A DNA stretch of 64,000 nucleotides from Octopus sinensis (GCF_006345805.1 NC_043008.1:41354001-41418000), one strand, 5' to 3'; shown: positions 13,638 to 28,665, counted from the stretch's first letter. Numbers and translations are program-made. Notes: generated by a model from the letters alone, not told the origin.

Positions 13638-14844
13638 CAATAACTGAAATATTTTTCGAGAAGTTAACTATTTTGTTATAAGAAATATCACATAACCCGC
13701 AAGGTCCCATGGACGCTTACACTAAAATTCCTCGCCAATATCCTTAATCAAGTCACAATATATATCTTATATTCACTTGGAGAACAGAGAGGGAACATCA
13801 TGAACGACGAACTAAAAGATATGTAAAATTAAATGTGAAATTATAGGGCTATATACTGTAATCGCGTTCCGTTGAGAATGCTTTCCTGTATAGGGGTTCA
13901 CTAAGAAAACCATAATATATAGAAGACATGCACCTTGAGCCAATGATCGCTTCCCCTTGTTGTGTTGCTTCATAATGTATGATCGTGGTTTATTTAAGGG
14001 GAAACCATGTAGAAACATGTCTGCCTGGGTATGGATGTTTATTTTCTGACAGAGTACGTTAGCGAAAATTATAAGCATTGGCGAGAAATAAAAACACATT
14101 TTTTTTTTAAGGAAGACCCCTAAAATTTTCTGCATCGAGTTACACATCCAATCGTCACGCCTGCCACCTACAGAACAATTTAGTGATTGTCCCATTCGAA
14201 ACCTCTTACAATAATGGTGATATAACGTCAAATAACTTAAGGTTGAATGTAGATTTAGTGCGCTTGAATCGAATTCATTTCATCTGTCCATTCATAATCA
14301 AGTTTAATTCGATGGAGTATCAATGTTCTACTCATTTTGCTTGTATCGTACGCTTGAACTGTTGTAACACAAAAAGCAGATTTCCCTCTCGGACAATTTA
14401 CAATTTACTACAATTTACTAGATCTAATATTCGTTTCAAATTTGGGCACCAGGCTACCAATTTCGGAGATGCGCGTGAGTTGATTACATCGACCTCAGTG
14501 TACAACTGGTACTTATATTATAGACTCCGAAAGAATAAAAGACAAAGTGGAACCGGCGGCATTTGAACTCAAATCGCAAAGACGGACGAAATGCTGCTAA
14601 GCTTTACTGCCGTAGTGCTAACGATTCTGCCAGCTCACTGCTTTAATGGCACGGTTAATATTATATATACTCTACTTTCTTCTAGATTAAATTTAACCCT
14701 TCTCTGTTCTAGTTTCCTGATTAATTGTACAACTTATTGTTCTATTCCTAATATTAACTTTGCTATCTTTTCATATCTTGTCTCTTTTTGTTCATATACG
14801 AATTTGATTAATCAGTCTGTATATGTGCGCATGTGCGCGTATAT

Positions 14845-15113
14845 GTACGCGTGCATGATTATTCAAAGTGTGCGTGTTTGTACGCATGCAACATTATTCA
14901 ATATATGTGTGTTTGTACGCGTGCATGATTATTCAATGTGTGCGTGTTTGTACGCATGCAACATTATTCAATATATGTGTGTTTGTACGCGTGCATGATT
15001 ATTCAAAGTGTGCGTGTTTGTACGCATGCAACATTATTCAATATATGTGTGTTTGTACGCGTGCATGATTATTCAATGTGTGCGTGTCTGTACGCGTGCA
15101 TGATTATTCAATG
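14845..15113. repeat. 70-bp minisatellite (~3.8 units, made of ~35-bp subunits)
   Basis: GTGCATGATTATTCAAAGTGTGCGTGTTTGTACGCATGCAACATTATTCAATATATGTGTGTTTGTACGC repeated; ORF-track starts are offset by 70 (14868/14938). Confidence 0.95.
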
Positions 15114-15309
15114 TATGTGTGCAATGTCGCATTGCTAACTTATGGTATGTTCGTAAGGCCCTTAAAGATATTTATTTCGTGATTTCATTCCTTTTTTTTT
15201 TTTAAGCATGGTCCGAAAATCATTCAAACTTTGATAGTTTGGGTGCTTCGAAACATGTGAAAAAATTGATAACTGTGAAGACAACGATATTTAATAATAG
15301 AAATAATAA

Positions 15310-15343
<34 letters not shown>

Positions 15344-15464
15344 GGTGGTGGAGGTGGTGGTGGTAATGATGATGATAATAATACGTTTCGAGATAAAAGT
15401 TGCATATACTTCGTATATAGCATATCAATTTCACGTTTGAGTCATTTCAACACCCTCATTACAA

Positions 15465-15507
<43 letters not shown>

Positions 15508-15512
15508 TATAT

Positions 15513-15556
<44 letters not shown>

Positions 15557-15615
15557 TACGTACATGAATGCATACACGCATGCACTCACACGCCTCATAT
15601 AAAAGTACAAGTTTG

Positions 15616-15648
<33 letters not shown>

Positions 15649-17295
15649 GTGTGTGTGTATGTATGTATGTATATATATGCAAATATAAATGCATGCAATA
15701 ACACAAAGACAAACACTGACGCATGGGTGTATGTGTGTGTGCTGCGCAAGTGTGTGTGAATATATGCGCGTGTGTGTGTGTGTGTGTTAATAAGTAATAA
15801 TTTCATTCTATTCCTTTCATATAACTTTACTTTTAAGGTTTTTTCACGTAGTTTCTCTCCGAGTTTTTCAATCATTACTTTTCTTCTTAATTTATGAGAA
15901 GGAAATTTGATCTACAGTTGAAGTGAGCGTTACGAGAATATAATTATCATTATCGATGAAAAGGATGCGTATTCTAATTAACATTACAAACTAAATTTCA
16001 AATTATACTAGTACCTTTTATATTTTGTCTTGTAATTAATGGTACAAATTATTTCATACCAAGATTTTAAAAGAATCAGGAAATTCTATAAAGTGTAAAC
16101 TTTTATTCCTCAACTAGTAATGACGGCAATTTAAAACAAAATTTTATGAGTATGCCATTTTTTATTTTTCATTTATAAAAGACTGATTTTTATATGATAT
16201 TAAGATTGATTTTTATATGATGTTTAATATATATAATTGTATTTTCTTTTGATAAGATATGGCTTAACATTTCGGTGATGTGAGAATACGTTTCCACAAA
16301 TCATTGAGAAAATGAATAATTGTGTATTGGGATGTGTAATTATAAAGTTTCAAAGTTAGTTTCCTTTAAGTATTTAGGAAGAATTATTTCACGTGTAAAC
16401 GTATCGAATCTACACATGCATATCAAAATATGCATGTATATACACCGTGCACATACTCACATATATACCCACATATCCACAATTAGATGGGTATCATTAC
16501 AAAAATATGGCAAATATTGTCTAAGTTGATGTTAGCCTATATTTCATGCCCCCTTTTTCTTCTCTGCCCTATTCTTTCTCTTTGTCTTCCTCACATCAAT
16601 TTATATCAAGTTATATGTCGAGTCCCATTTGAAGAAATAAGTTGTGGCTCTGTCCGATGATTGCTTTATGGCCCAGTGGCCTCTGATATCTCAGCCGTTT
16701 ACATCTAGTTAACCTCTAGTTTGCTGTCACTCATTTTAAGGATGCGTAACTTGAGGTATTCTTTCTCCGAACTAAATTTTTAATCACCTGACAAAACCGA
16801 ACGGTTTTATATGATGTAATCGTTAAAATAGAATAAAACATGCATATAAGGCAACTGTTGTGAACCTTTAACTGATTTGTGATCTAATCTAATTTTATAT
16901 ATAGAAATATGTATATATATATATAAGTAGAATGCAAAATTACACGCTGTTATCTGTTTTGTCAATGCACTGAAGACTGTTTTCTAATATGACAAATATC
17001 AAGGTTTTCTTCTCAATATAATCTGTTTAATTACTAGATGTTGTTGTAGTGCAATAGTAATCCATTGAATGAACTCACTAGAACGAAGAACAAAAAAGAA
17101 GAAACATATTTGTCTCAAACACACACATAGGCACATTATCGCGCACGCGCGCACACACATATACCCTTTCATATACTGTAGAAAAGCACAATATTTTATC
17201 AAACATTGCTAAAAGCAACCATCTGCTGCAAACCCCATGAACGCAATTTCTGCAGCAACTAAATTCAAGGACTATTTGTAATTAATAACTATTGA

Positions 17296-17343
<48 letters not shown>

Positions 17344-18411
17344 ATATATATATGCGTGTGTGTGTGTGTATTGTGTGTGTATGTGTACATATGCATAGGC
17401 AGATCTTCCTACTATCCTCTACCAAACAACACGATCACGAGACTGATTCAGTTTCGAGCTGGTTGGCTCGTCCTCAGTCGCGAGCATCTGACCGCCGGAG
17501 CGATAGTCAGGGTCCATTCCAGCCAGTAATATATTGTAAATTAAGCAACAATCAGTCGCTGATTTGCCCAGAAACAAAATACCTAGTTGTAAAATCTCAG
17601 AGATCTGAGTAGTAACTATTCTAACAGGGATAAATGATGAGACACCAAAGAATTTCGTGTTGCGCTTTTACAATTTACAACAGAAATATTTTCTCCAAAC
17701 TCAGCTCACTCAGACATTATATATTATACCAACTCTGCGCAGCATAAATAAGAAAATATGGGCAAATCTCAGACTTGGTATTTCACAACCGTAATCTTCG
17801 ATTCCACTCGTGTCTCTGAGCATCAGGCTGTTGAATTTTCTACACTGTTCTATAGCAGTAAAAATTTGAATGGCGTTTTAACTTCCAACATATATAAGAG
17901 GTTTCATTAAAATATACCATGAATATTGTACATCAGAACGAGGTACTCTGTCTCAACACATCTGTGTACTAGCATGGAAAATATCTATATGAATCCCAAT
18001 CATCATGTTCAGATATCAACTTCCAAAAAGTCGTCGTGTATTCTGAACATGGTGAACGTTGTTCTTCAAAAGTGTACCGAAGAGACTCTTTCAGGGCACT
18101 GCCAAGATTAATGTGTCCTTAGTGAAAATCTAATTAGGAAAGGTTAAATGAAGACCATATGTACTGTAAAGACTATACAGCAATGGAATCGTTGCTGTCA
18201 ATGGAACCGGGAATCACAAAGTAGAAAAAAAGAGAAGAGGATGGTGAATAGTGACGTCTGAGATTTGAACGAGTTGCGCAGCTTTATTACTCATTCGTTT
18301 ACGAATAATCTGCCTCAAACATTATAAAGCACGGACATGATAAATGAAAATATTAACAATAGCGATTAAATAACTTCGGAAATACGCACTGCGAACTGAA
18401 GGCGGTTAGAA

Positions 18412-18453
<42 letters not shown>

Positions 18454-18550
18454 GAAGAGAGCAATGGAGATATATCTAAAATCATGTATTGATACATACA
18501 CACGTACGCATATGTGTGTGTTTCTGCTGTGCGTGCGTATTCATATGCAC

Positions 18551-18667
<117 letters not shown>

Positions 18668-18680
18668 TATATATATATAC

Positions 18681-18713
<33 letters not shown>

Positions 18714-18725
18714 CATACATATCTA

Positions 18726-18759
<34 letters not shown>

Positions 18760-18817
18760 ATATACTTATATATATGTTTATATATATATGTATATATATA
18801 TGTGTGTGTATATATAT

Positions 18818-18855
<38 letters not shown>

Positions 18856-20072
18856 ATACATATTTTCGACCGTGTATAAATTCGTCTCTGTCCTTTGTGA
18901 AGCTGATCTTTATTCTCATCAATTCACTGACAATTACACAATGCATTTAATTGCGATGCCCACCAGATTGACCTGTGGCCACTCGGATCTATCGCGGCTG
19001 GATTTAATTTCCTGAAAACAATCAATAGTACTACGCTACTGAAGATGACAGATCATATATTGGTAGAGGAGACTGAACTTAACTTGTATGATTCAATGCA
19101 CGTGAACAAATTTATAACACAAAATCACTGAAAAGCGGTTGTGTCCTTCTTAATCAAACAAAAGTTAGGACATACAGATCAATCTAATTGAGGACCAGAC
19201 CTGACCGATCAATTGTTCCACTACTACTTGCTTGCGATGACAATACGGAATTATTGCCGCCTATGCCTTTATAAAAACTGTAACATAAAAATGACCCCTC
19301 GCATATAAGAGCGCCAAAGATTTGTACTGTAAAGCACACGCGAGTATTAAAAATAAGACATGATTTTATGTTAGATCTGATCGTTTTTCCATGCATGTTT
19401 CGCTATCCTCAATGTTCAATATAATTATACAAAGGTTAGGTTAACCTGTTATCACAAGTGCATGCAACCTGTAGTTATGTTCTCTTCAAAGTTTAATATA
19501 ATTTCTATTTAGCGATTATATTAGCTCTAACGTTATATTGATTAGTACGAAAATCACACAGAGTAAAACGTTTCGTTATCAATATGTCTGTAATCACCTG
19601 ATTCACATTTCTAGGAAAAGGTTGTACCTGCTGAGGCAAATAATGGCACCGCCTTCACATGATACATCATAAATCAAGTCGAAACCTGTCTAACTGAAGG
19701 AATAGGAGTGATTATTTGAGTCGGAACAACCGTCCAAATTGTGTGGGTTTCTTGCTTCAGATTATAAGGTGAAGCAATTATGAAGGCAGCCGTTTGTTGT
19801 TAGGCTGGCGCTCCTACGAAAGTAGTGATCTTCAGTGAGACAGCTTAGTTGTGTATAGGGACAGGAGAACTTTTAAGTCCACAGAGTAAATCTCAAATGC
19901 GAAATGAGAGGAATCAAATGTTGATGGCCGACAGAAGCTGGTAAATGTATAGTTTTGGGAATGTATTATAGCCCAACCAAAATACCTCTGCGTCAAAGAA
20001 TTACTGACTAGACTGGTAAATATTATCATTAGGTTCTTTGAGGTTCTTTGATCAGAAGATGCAACAGCAAGA

Positions 20073-20198
20073 GTGGCGGCGCAATGACCCAGTGGTTAGG
20101 GCAACGGACTCGCGGTCGTAAGAGCGCGGTTTGGATTCCCAGACGGGGCATTGTGGGTGTTTATTGAGCAAAAACACCTTAGCTCCACGAGACTCAGG
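20073..20198 (+). mobile_element. tRNA-derived SINE head (same family as 46747-47056), truncated
   Basis: CAGTGGTTAGGGCAACGGACTCGCGGTCG ... AAAACACCTTAGCTCCACG. Confidence 0.75.
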
Positions 20199-20229
20199 TG
20201 GGGAGAGGTGGTGCAACTCTGTACAGACA

Positions 20230-21000
20230 ACGCCGTATAGATTATGCTATACAGACACATCACTGGCATTAACCAAACCTGTTTGAGGTACATGTAGAAT
20301 AATGATGTCACTTTTTCCATACACTTGTAAAATAATGCCAAGCTGTCGTTAATATATCCTTTTCCCATACAAGTCTTAATGCAAATCCTCATGCCAACAT
20401 TGTTTGGAGTGAAAGATCAGTCCGCTTCATAGTCTGTTTGCTTGTTAATTGAATGCTGTTTATTGGGAACATATATTACATAGTAGTAATTCCAACCATC
20501 GTCCCTTTATCAAGATTTTCAAGTACCAGCTGAAGCAGAGACGTGTAAGTGATAGTAGTGTTGGTGTAATGAAAGCAGCAGATATTAGGCATCAATAATA
20601 TTTATACATATGACTTGTTACCACCTTCTTTCTTACAATATATTTTAATCCAATATTTAATTCAGACCTGCGTTACTGCATTCGCGAATATATCTGAAAT
20701 GGCATTTATTTGTGTCGTTGCAATATTTCTTTCACTCTATCAAAATATCATTGTCATTTTGGATTTTCAATTTCCGCATTTCAGATATTTTGAAGTAAAC
20801 CTACGCAGAAAGCTTTTCAAATTCTTAACACTGGTCGCAATATTACTCGTATCTTCTTCTTTTGGGAGATGATGTTCATCTCTTTGCAGATATCCCTGTC
20901 CAGATACCTCTCAAAATGTGCCTATTTATTGTCTCCTGTACGAGTATTATGAGACAGCATGATCGATTTAATTTTACACTAAGAAAATATATTCGTTGCA
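20230..21000 (-). mobile_element. Heavily decayed RTE-clade LINE ORF2 relic (pre-RT and N-terminal RT region)
   Basis: Colinear frameshifted peptides AHFERYL, PKEEDTSNIATSVKNLKS..KYLKCG, IYCKKEGGNKS, LIFHSKQ..DLY and LGIILQVYG..IIILH resemble the RTE motifs WAEHF..LLN, EI..AI..LK..KA.G.D.I..E.LK.G, IYKKKGD, MIF..RQL.EK..EQ..DLY and LW.IL.KYG. Confidence 0.45.
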
Positions 21001-21774
21001 GTTTTTCTTATAATAGAGTTTAAATAGTCCTTGTTTGTTGAACACAGATCTTATGACCATAAGACAATTTATGCTTCTAAGTATGAAATCCCGAGGCCAT
21101 GTGACTGCTAGCATCTGTTAGCATTATGTTGTAGAAATATTAAAGAAGATGTACTTTATATATACACAATCTCATAATGCACTTAGTAGTTCAGTTATTA
21201 ATTTTGTTAGATAACCTACACGTCTTGAATTCTGAAGGAACTTCAAACGTTCCAATTTAGATTTTCTAGTTTTCTAGTTTTCCGCTGACATTTCAGTTAT
21301 CTTTAACTTGTGCTGAACTCCTGAATATTTGCACTTATCAAACATCACCTATGCCATTTGCTCAGGTGTGCTGTGCATCGATGTCCCCCAATATTTCTAT
21401 ATGAATGATTTTTGTTTAAGCTTCAAACTTTTTCCTCTCTCCTTCTTTAAATTCTAGCCATCTTATAAAGCCATTATCAATATATATTCAGCATTGGCAA
21501 TTATGGACGTCATGCATGCGACACCTTTGCATTTTGTGAAGTCTTCAAAGTAACATAATCTCAAACAAGAGGAAAGTTAAACAACAACTGCATGCTTAAG
21601 CACAAGGCTCAAATTATTGAACTTTACGGAAAACGCCAGTGATAGAATAAACAAGTTTTACGTAGAATCCTGTGAAATATATCGGGTGAAAAACAATGCA
21701 GTCTTAGAAAAATCGTTTTGGGATTGTATGACATCCCTGCGTTTAAAATACAAAATATTTTTAATAATACACGG

Positions 21775-21950
21775 TTACTTTAGTACAGAATATCTGAATC
21801 AACGACTCTCCTTCATTGCTGTAGAGAGTACATCTTATGTCACCACTGTTTATAGAAAACCATTGGATTTGAAAGAAAAGTAGTAAACTTGGATTCCATT
21901 GTGATTTCGAAATATGAATGTATTTCAGTATTTGATTAGAAAATGCTTCG
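21775..21950 (+). mobile_element. Penelope-like RT relic (C-terminal palm/thumb)
   Basis: FSTEYLNQRLSFIAVESTSYVTTVYRKP resembles the PLE motif FT.E.E....L.FLDV......TSVYRKPT; NLDSIVISKY downstream in a shifted frame. Confidence 0.45.
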
Positions 21951-22707
21951 CTTATTTGAAGAGAGTTGTAGCCTCAATGGTTTACTCCATAACAGAAGCT
22001 GGAATATTTTCAGTATAACTCCAGGATAGTTTTGCTTACTTATTTTGTTTATTGACTCTAGAATCTTTCGTTTATTTTACTACAGAATAAAAATCCTTAT
22101 TAATTCTTGAAATCTTTTGTATATTTATTCAATTATTTTATTTATTGACAAGCCTATTATTGATTATGAGCAAGTTATGAAATTATATCAACCCGTTAGA
22201 GGATGTTTAATTAGAATTTCTTCTATTAATGTGACGATAAACTCGACTAATTGCAATTAACGATGAAATATTTCTGCTTTAAACAGATTAACAATAATCT
22301 TATCAACTCAGTTATTGTCGTTTTCATTATTATTATGGTTGTATTTACTATAGTTATTTTTTTAACAATTATAATTAGTATCATTATTATTATCATGTAC
22401 GTTATTGTTATTACTTTTATTATTCACTCTGATTATTTTTTCCTTTTCGTTATCATGTAATTTTCATTATCATTATCAATAATATTGTTATCTTTATCAT
22501 TTAATAACGCATGAACGTACTATGATTATTTTTTTAATATTTAATATTTGTTTTTAATTGATATTTCCTATAATCTAATTGAGGCAAAAGTAATCATGTT
22601 AGATATTTTGTGCTCGGTCGGATATTGCTCTTCTCTTCGATATTATTATCGAAATTTCTTTTCCCTGTCAACATTTACCGTCTTGTACATGTCTTGTGTT
22701 ACTTTAG

Positions 22708-22793
22708 CATCACTTCCTTATCATGCCTCTTATCATCTTCTTATTCACAATCATCAGCACTTGCGTTAAATCTGCAATCACCACCATTTGCAG
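22708..22793 (+). CDS. Candidate exon encoding a signal-peptide-like N-terminus (unverified)
   Basis: Acceptor TTACTTTAG, ATG at 22723, MPLIIFLFTIISTCVKSAITTIC, strong donor CAG|GTGAGT at 22794; no partner exon found. Confidence 0.2.
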
Positions 22794-25361
22794 GTGAGTT
22801 GATTGAATTTATACATCCAGCATATATTTACAGTCTCCCATGTGATGAAAACTATAAAGCAGTAATCTCCCTCTATAAATTTTTCCATCTCCTGTTACAC
22901 TGAACAAGGAGCATTTGGACCCTTCTTGGAGTGTCCGACACCAGCGTCCGATGGCTGCTTTTTTCCTTTTTTTCTGGTGTGAACGTTTTCCCTGCATTTG
23001 CATAAAGAGAGGTTGTCATCCGAATATCAAGAATCGAATCGATGTTCTGTAGTAGCCGATATTTGGAAATTTACCACGTGAACTAAATTTGACGATTTTT
23101 CGTAGAAATCTTTAATGAAATATGTCCAGAATGCGGTGATATTTTATATATGTTACTGTAATAAAGAACCGTTATAGGAATTTCTATGCCATTTTGCCAG
23201 ACATTCATATCATAAAAGCATTTGTTAAACCTAATGTCAGACCTGATCAAATAAAAACCATGCTTAACGGTGTGCCAGGCCAGGCATAAGCATCATCTTT
23301 GGGTGTGGGGATCCATAAATAATGCATCTTAGATTTCATTGGTCGATATGTGCTATTTGTGAAATTTTGTGTTCAATTTCTAGAAGATCGTTTGAAGCTG
23401 TAGAGGTAACCGTCTTGTTAAGTAAATGAAAACGAGGGAGTGAGATGCTATCATCTTTAGCGGTAAAAGGATTAGCAGCATTTCTTACGGATTTACGTCC
23501 TGAGTTCAAATGCCACCGAGGTTGACATTTTCTGTCATTCTTCCTGGGTTAATGAAACAAATACTAGTTCGGCAATGGGGTCGATGAAATCAACTGGCCC
23601 CGCCTCCCAAAAATATCAGATCTTTTGCAAATAGTAAAAATAACTATTGATATCAAAATCCTCCTAGATATAGCGGCGGATCTAAGATAAAAACCATTTC
23701 GGTTTTGAACATGTCATTTGTGTCATACGTCTTGAAGTGCTTTACCTAATGTCCTTGTCGTATCTGAGTATGACAGTATAGAAAGTTGGTTGCCATTTCT
23801 TGGTAGTCAGGCATAGAGGTTAAGCTTTCAAAGAATGTTGAAAACGGTGGTAGTTGAAGGCAGAAGGTGGAGAAATATACGTTCATCACATGTCGCATTC
23901 CAACAGACACGTAATTTCATTTTCTCGAAATGTTTTGAATGAAAACTAAGGAGTTGCCGTTATTGTCCATCATGTTATTGCAGCTGTTCACATTTACTTT
24001 GGTGGTGGTGGTGGTGGTGGTGCTAGTGGTGGTGGTGGTGCTAGTGGTGGTGCTGGTGATGGTGGTGGTGGTGTGGGATATTTGCAGCAGCTCAGCGCCG
24101 TATGTGCATGATCTGAGATAAGCAGATTATCAGTTGAAAATGCTAACCAAAAGAAAGAAAAATGGTGTTTTAGGTAGGATATTGCAGTTCAGTCTTTAAA
24201 GTATCGCATTAAATGGTTTACGGTTTTGGGAATGTTCCATTAACTCGCCAACGAAGCTGAACTAATTTGGCGCCAGACAGGTGCTCTGTAAGATTTAAAA
24301 CCGGTTTCTGCCAAATGTGTTTACTGGAGCGGAATGAATTGCCAGCCTCAAGACACAACGAAACTTCTGTAAGAAGAGAGACGAAACTCACGATGTCATG
24401 GTTGAATTAACAGGCCTCATGCTTTTTTGTTCAACATTAACGCGAATGTATCTTATGGAAAACAATACGGGATTTTCAAACCTACGCTGATTAATCGTAG
24501 GATAGTGACCAGTAGCAGTGTAAAATTCTAATTTTTTAATGTGCTTATCTTACTCTTATGAACTAGTAGGTTATACTGTATTGTAACTGTTGTTAGTCCC
24601 GGCCGATCACCGATTGAGCGGGCCTGATAACGAGAGGTATTCCAACCCTGACTGTATCAGTCAATATGTAGGGACAGCTTATTTGTGTGTTCACCTTTTC
24701 ATATATAGCAGTAGGATGTTACTGCAGTTGTAATATCTAGTGACTTACTGGGGGAAGACAGAGGTAGTTGTCTTTATCTGAAGTCGCTCGTTTACTAATT
24801 CATCATTTCTGTAATTGTTGTCTTCCGTTTATTATCAGTTTCAAAATCTGGCACATTTTCAGTAATCGCATGGGATGGGGTAAATCGATTACATTGAACC
24901 CTGTACGCAACTGGAACTTATCTTTTATCCTGAAGGAATGAAAGGCAAAGTCGACCTCAGTGAAACGACAAAATGGAAGTAATACCGCTCAACATTTTGC
25001 CCAGCGTGCTAACAATTCTGCTAGCTCACCGCCTTCTCATCCATTTAATATTAACTGCTCACGTGTAAACAATTTGAAGATCGAACCACTCATTATCAAA
25101 AATCTAATTGGTATTATTGAAGCTGTATCCTTTATGAGATTTAGATGATTTTAACTTTCGTAGACGGAGTTTTTTCTCCCTAATAACTGGGATAAACATG
25201 TTAAGCGTAGGTCTTGAAATCATAACATTACAAACGTTAGACTACAGTATTTTCTCATAACAGACAGAAGGGTCCTGTGACGTATTGCAACGCAGCAATT
25301 TTCTTTATAATTGTAATTCTCATCACTACTTCCCATTGTTTATAGATATCCATCCATCCAC

Positions 25362-25397
<36 letters not shown>

Positions 25398-25414
25398 CCA
25401 TCCATCCATCCATC

Positions 25415-25459
<45 letters not shown>

Positions 25460-25478
25460 GTGTGTGTGTATGTATATG

Positions 25479-25509
<31 letters not shown>

Positions 25510-25989
25510 GTATACATATATATATGTATATGGTATATTTTTATACTGTTATATCTAATTATATCAGCACACACTTTTTATAGTATTTAAAATTGTCTTG
25601 TATACTTATATATAATTATGCCTATATATTATTGAAACATTTATCTTGCTTCTAATCATTTACTTTCAATCAATAGATAATACGTATATTTTTCCAGATA
25701 AATTCCATATGTAAGTTGTAAACATTGTTTGAGTAGTCCTTGTAATGACCACCTAATATTTGTGTAAAGATGGTGTATTAGGTTGATTCTAAATAATTGT
25801 AACTTTTTCAATGTTTGATATGTATGTTCCCCCTATCTTATCTGCTTCTGATATCTCTTTCTAAAATTTCTTTTTTAAATGTTACTTTTATTTTTATACA
25901 TCATAATAATACACGGATTTTACTTTACCTTTATAATAAACTTTTTTTGCCCTCTGAGCCCTTAATGTTTTCCTAGATCTCATTATAGC

Positions 25990-26160
25990 GTCCTAAGTTT
26001 CATAGTGTACGCCCCTTTAACTGAAAATAATGACAAGAGTTAATGTCAACCCTACTCCACCTCTTTATGGGCATTAACTGCTATCTAATTGACTCCTAAA
26101 GTTTCTTTTTGTGGTAAGGGGTATTTATGGCAGTAATAAATTAAGGAATAGGAGAAACAT
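25990..26160 (-). repeat. Unclassified dispersed repeat 'G'; inverted homolog at 27901-28052
   Basis: GAAACTTTAGRAGTCAATTAGATAGCAGTTAATGCCCATAAA shared in opposite orientations. Confidence 0.75.
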
Positions 26161-26934
26161 CTAGTAATATTTCTTTATGAGCAGCAGCCAATTCTGAGCT
26201 GTCAACTCACAATGCTTTTATTCTCAATAAACGCAGTCAGAAGACTTAGATCTTTTGTGATGATAAGAAGATAGATAAAAAAATTAGAAATGAACTACAA
26301 TCCTATGACCTCCACTGTGTACCATGCCACTCCAAAATTGTAGTTGTTCTTCTCTTATCTGATTCTTGCTGCAATATTGGAAACATGAAATTCTTTCATC
26401 CTCTGGCTCTGATAAAATATATGAGAAAAATTCTATCAATATATCTTGTCCGCCGAAAATCCATATTTCTTGCAACTGAAGATGGGGCTGTATTTAAACT
26501 GATGTAATGCTTGCATTGTTCAATTAAATGCAGCCGCTGCTTGAAACGGTCATATTGCACCTGTTAACTATTTTGATTATATATATGTATAATTTCTATT
26601 AAAGTTACAAGAGTTTCACGTTCCCGTTCGTCGGACAGTTGTGATAAAGACTTTACCATAACTTTCCGACAAACGGCAACGTGAAGCGCGGGATCATAGA
26701 TTATCGTGATGGTTTTGCAGCTTTAATAAAAGGCATATTACTCGTATGTCTATTTGAAACAGTATACATGCATATACATATACATATACATATACACACA
26801 CAGACACTCACACATATATATATATATATATATATACATATGTATGTATGTAAAGGAATTAAAGGTAACGCTATGCTACTGCGTAATAATTCTCATTATC
26901 CTCATCATCATTGTTATTATTATTATTAGTTCAT

Positions 26935-27079
26935 ATTTTTTTCCTGCTTCAGTCATATGACTGCGGCCATGCTGGAAGACCGCCTATCGTGGAAAAATCG
27001 ACCCCAAGGACTTATTTTTTGTAAGCCTAGTACATATTCTATAGTGTTTTTTTTTCCGAACAGCTAAGTTACGGGGACG

Positions 27080-27081
<2 letters not shown>
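26935..27081 (-). mobile_element. SINE AB tail fragment
   Basis: CAGTCATATGACTGCGGCCATGCTGG ... GCTAAGTTACGGGGACGT. Confidence 0.8.
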
Positions 27082-27137
<56 letters not shown>

Positions 27138-27426
27138 CATGGACTTTGAGTTTTATAGGTTCAAAACACCTGTTTCGGCGGCATTTTTATATTCATACTA
27201 CGATTACCTCACGGAAAAAAAGCGGTTTTCGTCAGATGAGTTTAAACTTAGGTAGGAGAAGAAAATTGCCATAGATCCACTCTGTCACGCCTCTTTACAA
27301 GTATTTAGACCTCCAGGTCGCCTGGAAAGGGTCTTGTTCCACATATACGTAGACGTTTTAGATATACACGCATCTCAATATGCTTGTACACGTGCGAACA
27401 CAGACACTAACACACACACACACACA

Positions 27427-27495
<69 letters not shown>

Positions 27496-27496
27496 C

Positions 27497-27714
27497 ACAC
27501 AAATGGATGGTAAAAGTTCCTGGCTGTAAGACAAAATACAGAAGAAGCAGTTAATTATGATTTTATTCAACATATTCCCCTCTCAAATACACACTATTAT
27601 TGCAGCTATCCTGCAATGTCTTCTCAGCCTTGTAAAAGAACTTGGAAGTTTGGGCCTCTATCAAGCCCTTTCCCAATGCTCTTCAAGCCACGTAATTTCC
27701 GGTACTTCTTCGTG
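27497..27714. mobile_element. Decayed mariner-like MITE
   Basis: Imperfect inverted ends (AAAAGTTCCTGGCT / AGCCACGTAATTTCC) resembling mariner TIRs; recognised from memory of this repeat type. Confidence 0.45.
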
Positions 27715-27803
27715 TGTGCATTCATATATGTATATGTATGTATGTATGTATGTATATGTATGTATATGTATGTATGTATGTTTATATAAATTATATATAT
27801 ATA

Positions 27804-27864
<61 letters not shown>

Positions 27865-27900
27865 CATATGTATGTATATACGCAATTTCATAGTGTAATA

Positions 27901-28052
27901 GATGTTTCCCCTATTCCTTAATTTCTTACCATACTTAAATTTCTTACTGCCATAGGTATCCCTCACCACGAAAAGAAACTTTAGAAGTCAATTAGATAGC
28001 AGTTAATGCCCATAAATGGGCGGGGTAGGGGTGACAATATCTATTGTCATTA
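27901..28052 (+). repeat. Dispersed repeat 'G' fragment
   Basis: Homologous to the reverse complement of 25990-26160. Confidence 0.75.
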
Positions 28053-28081
28053 TTTATATATATATATATATATGTATATGT

Positions 28082-28179
<98 letters not shown>

Positions 28180-28539
28180 ATGAATGAATATTTATATATG
28201 CATATATATACACATATATATGCACTATATATGTATGAATATATATATATATATATACGTATATACATACGTATGTGCATACTTACATGCATGCATACAT
28301 ACATACCCATGTATGTATATTGGTATATACATTAGTGTGTATATATCTTCGAATTTATGTGGGGATCCTCTTTTATCAACATCTAATAGATATTGACTCT
28401 AAATTATAACTGTAGCTGCGTTTACAGTCATTTCTATTTGAGGTTCGCTTACATTACATCATTAGCACAAAGGTATACACAAATTTTTATTCATATATAC
28501 ATATGTACACATCTATATATTTGTACATATATATTTATG

Positions 28540-28571
<32 letters not shown>

Positions 28572-28665
28572 CTATGTGTCAGTGTGTGCGTGCGTGCGTG
28601 TGCGTGTACTTGTGCGCGTGCGAATACAGTTAGATAGATGTACAAGATTAAACGTACTTGCATCC

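Noticed and set aside
16320-16400. VSFKYLGRII, a LINE-like FKYLG motif
   Set aside because: Isolated motif without flanking RT similarity. Similarly weak: GSIDAEIK near 30705.
26284-26475. Minus ORF with kelch-like IWIFGGQD
   Set aside because: A single short motif, no further kelch repeats or splice sites, and adjacent to dispersed repeat G.
27165-27245. Minus-strand CUGACGA ... GAAAC hammerhead-like pair
   Set aside because: No stem II pairing, no valid stem I, and G at the cleavage position.
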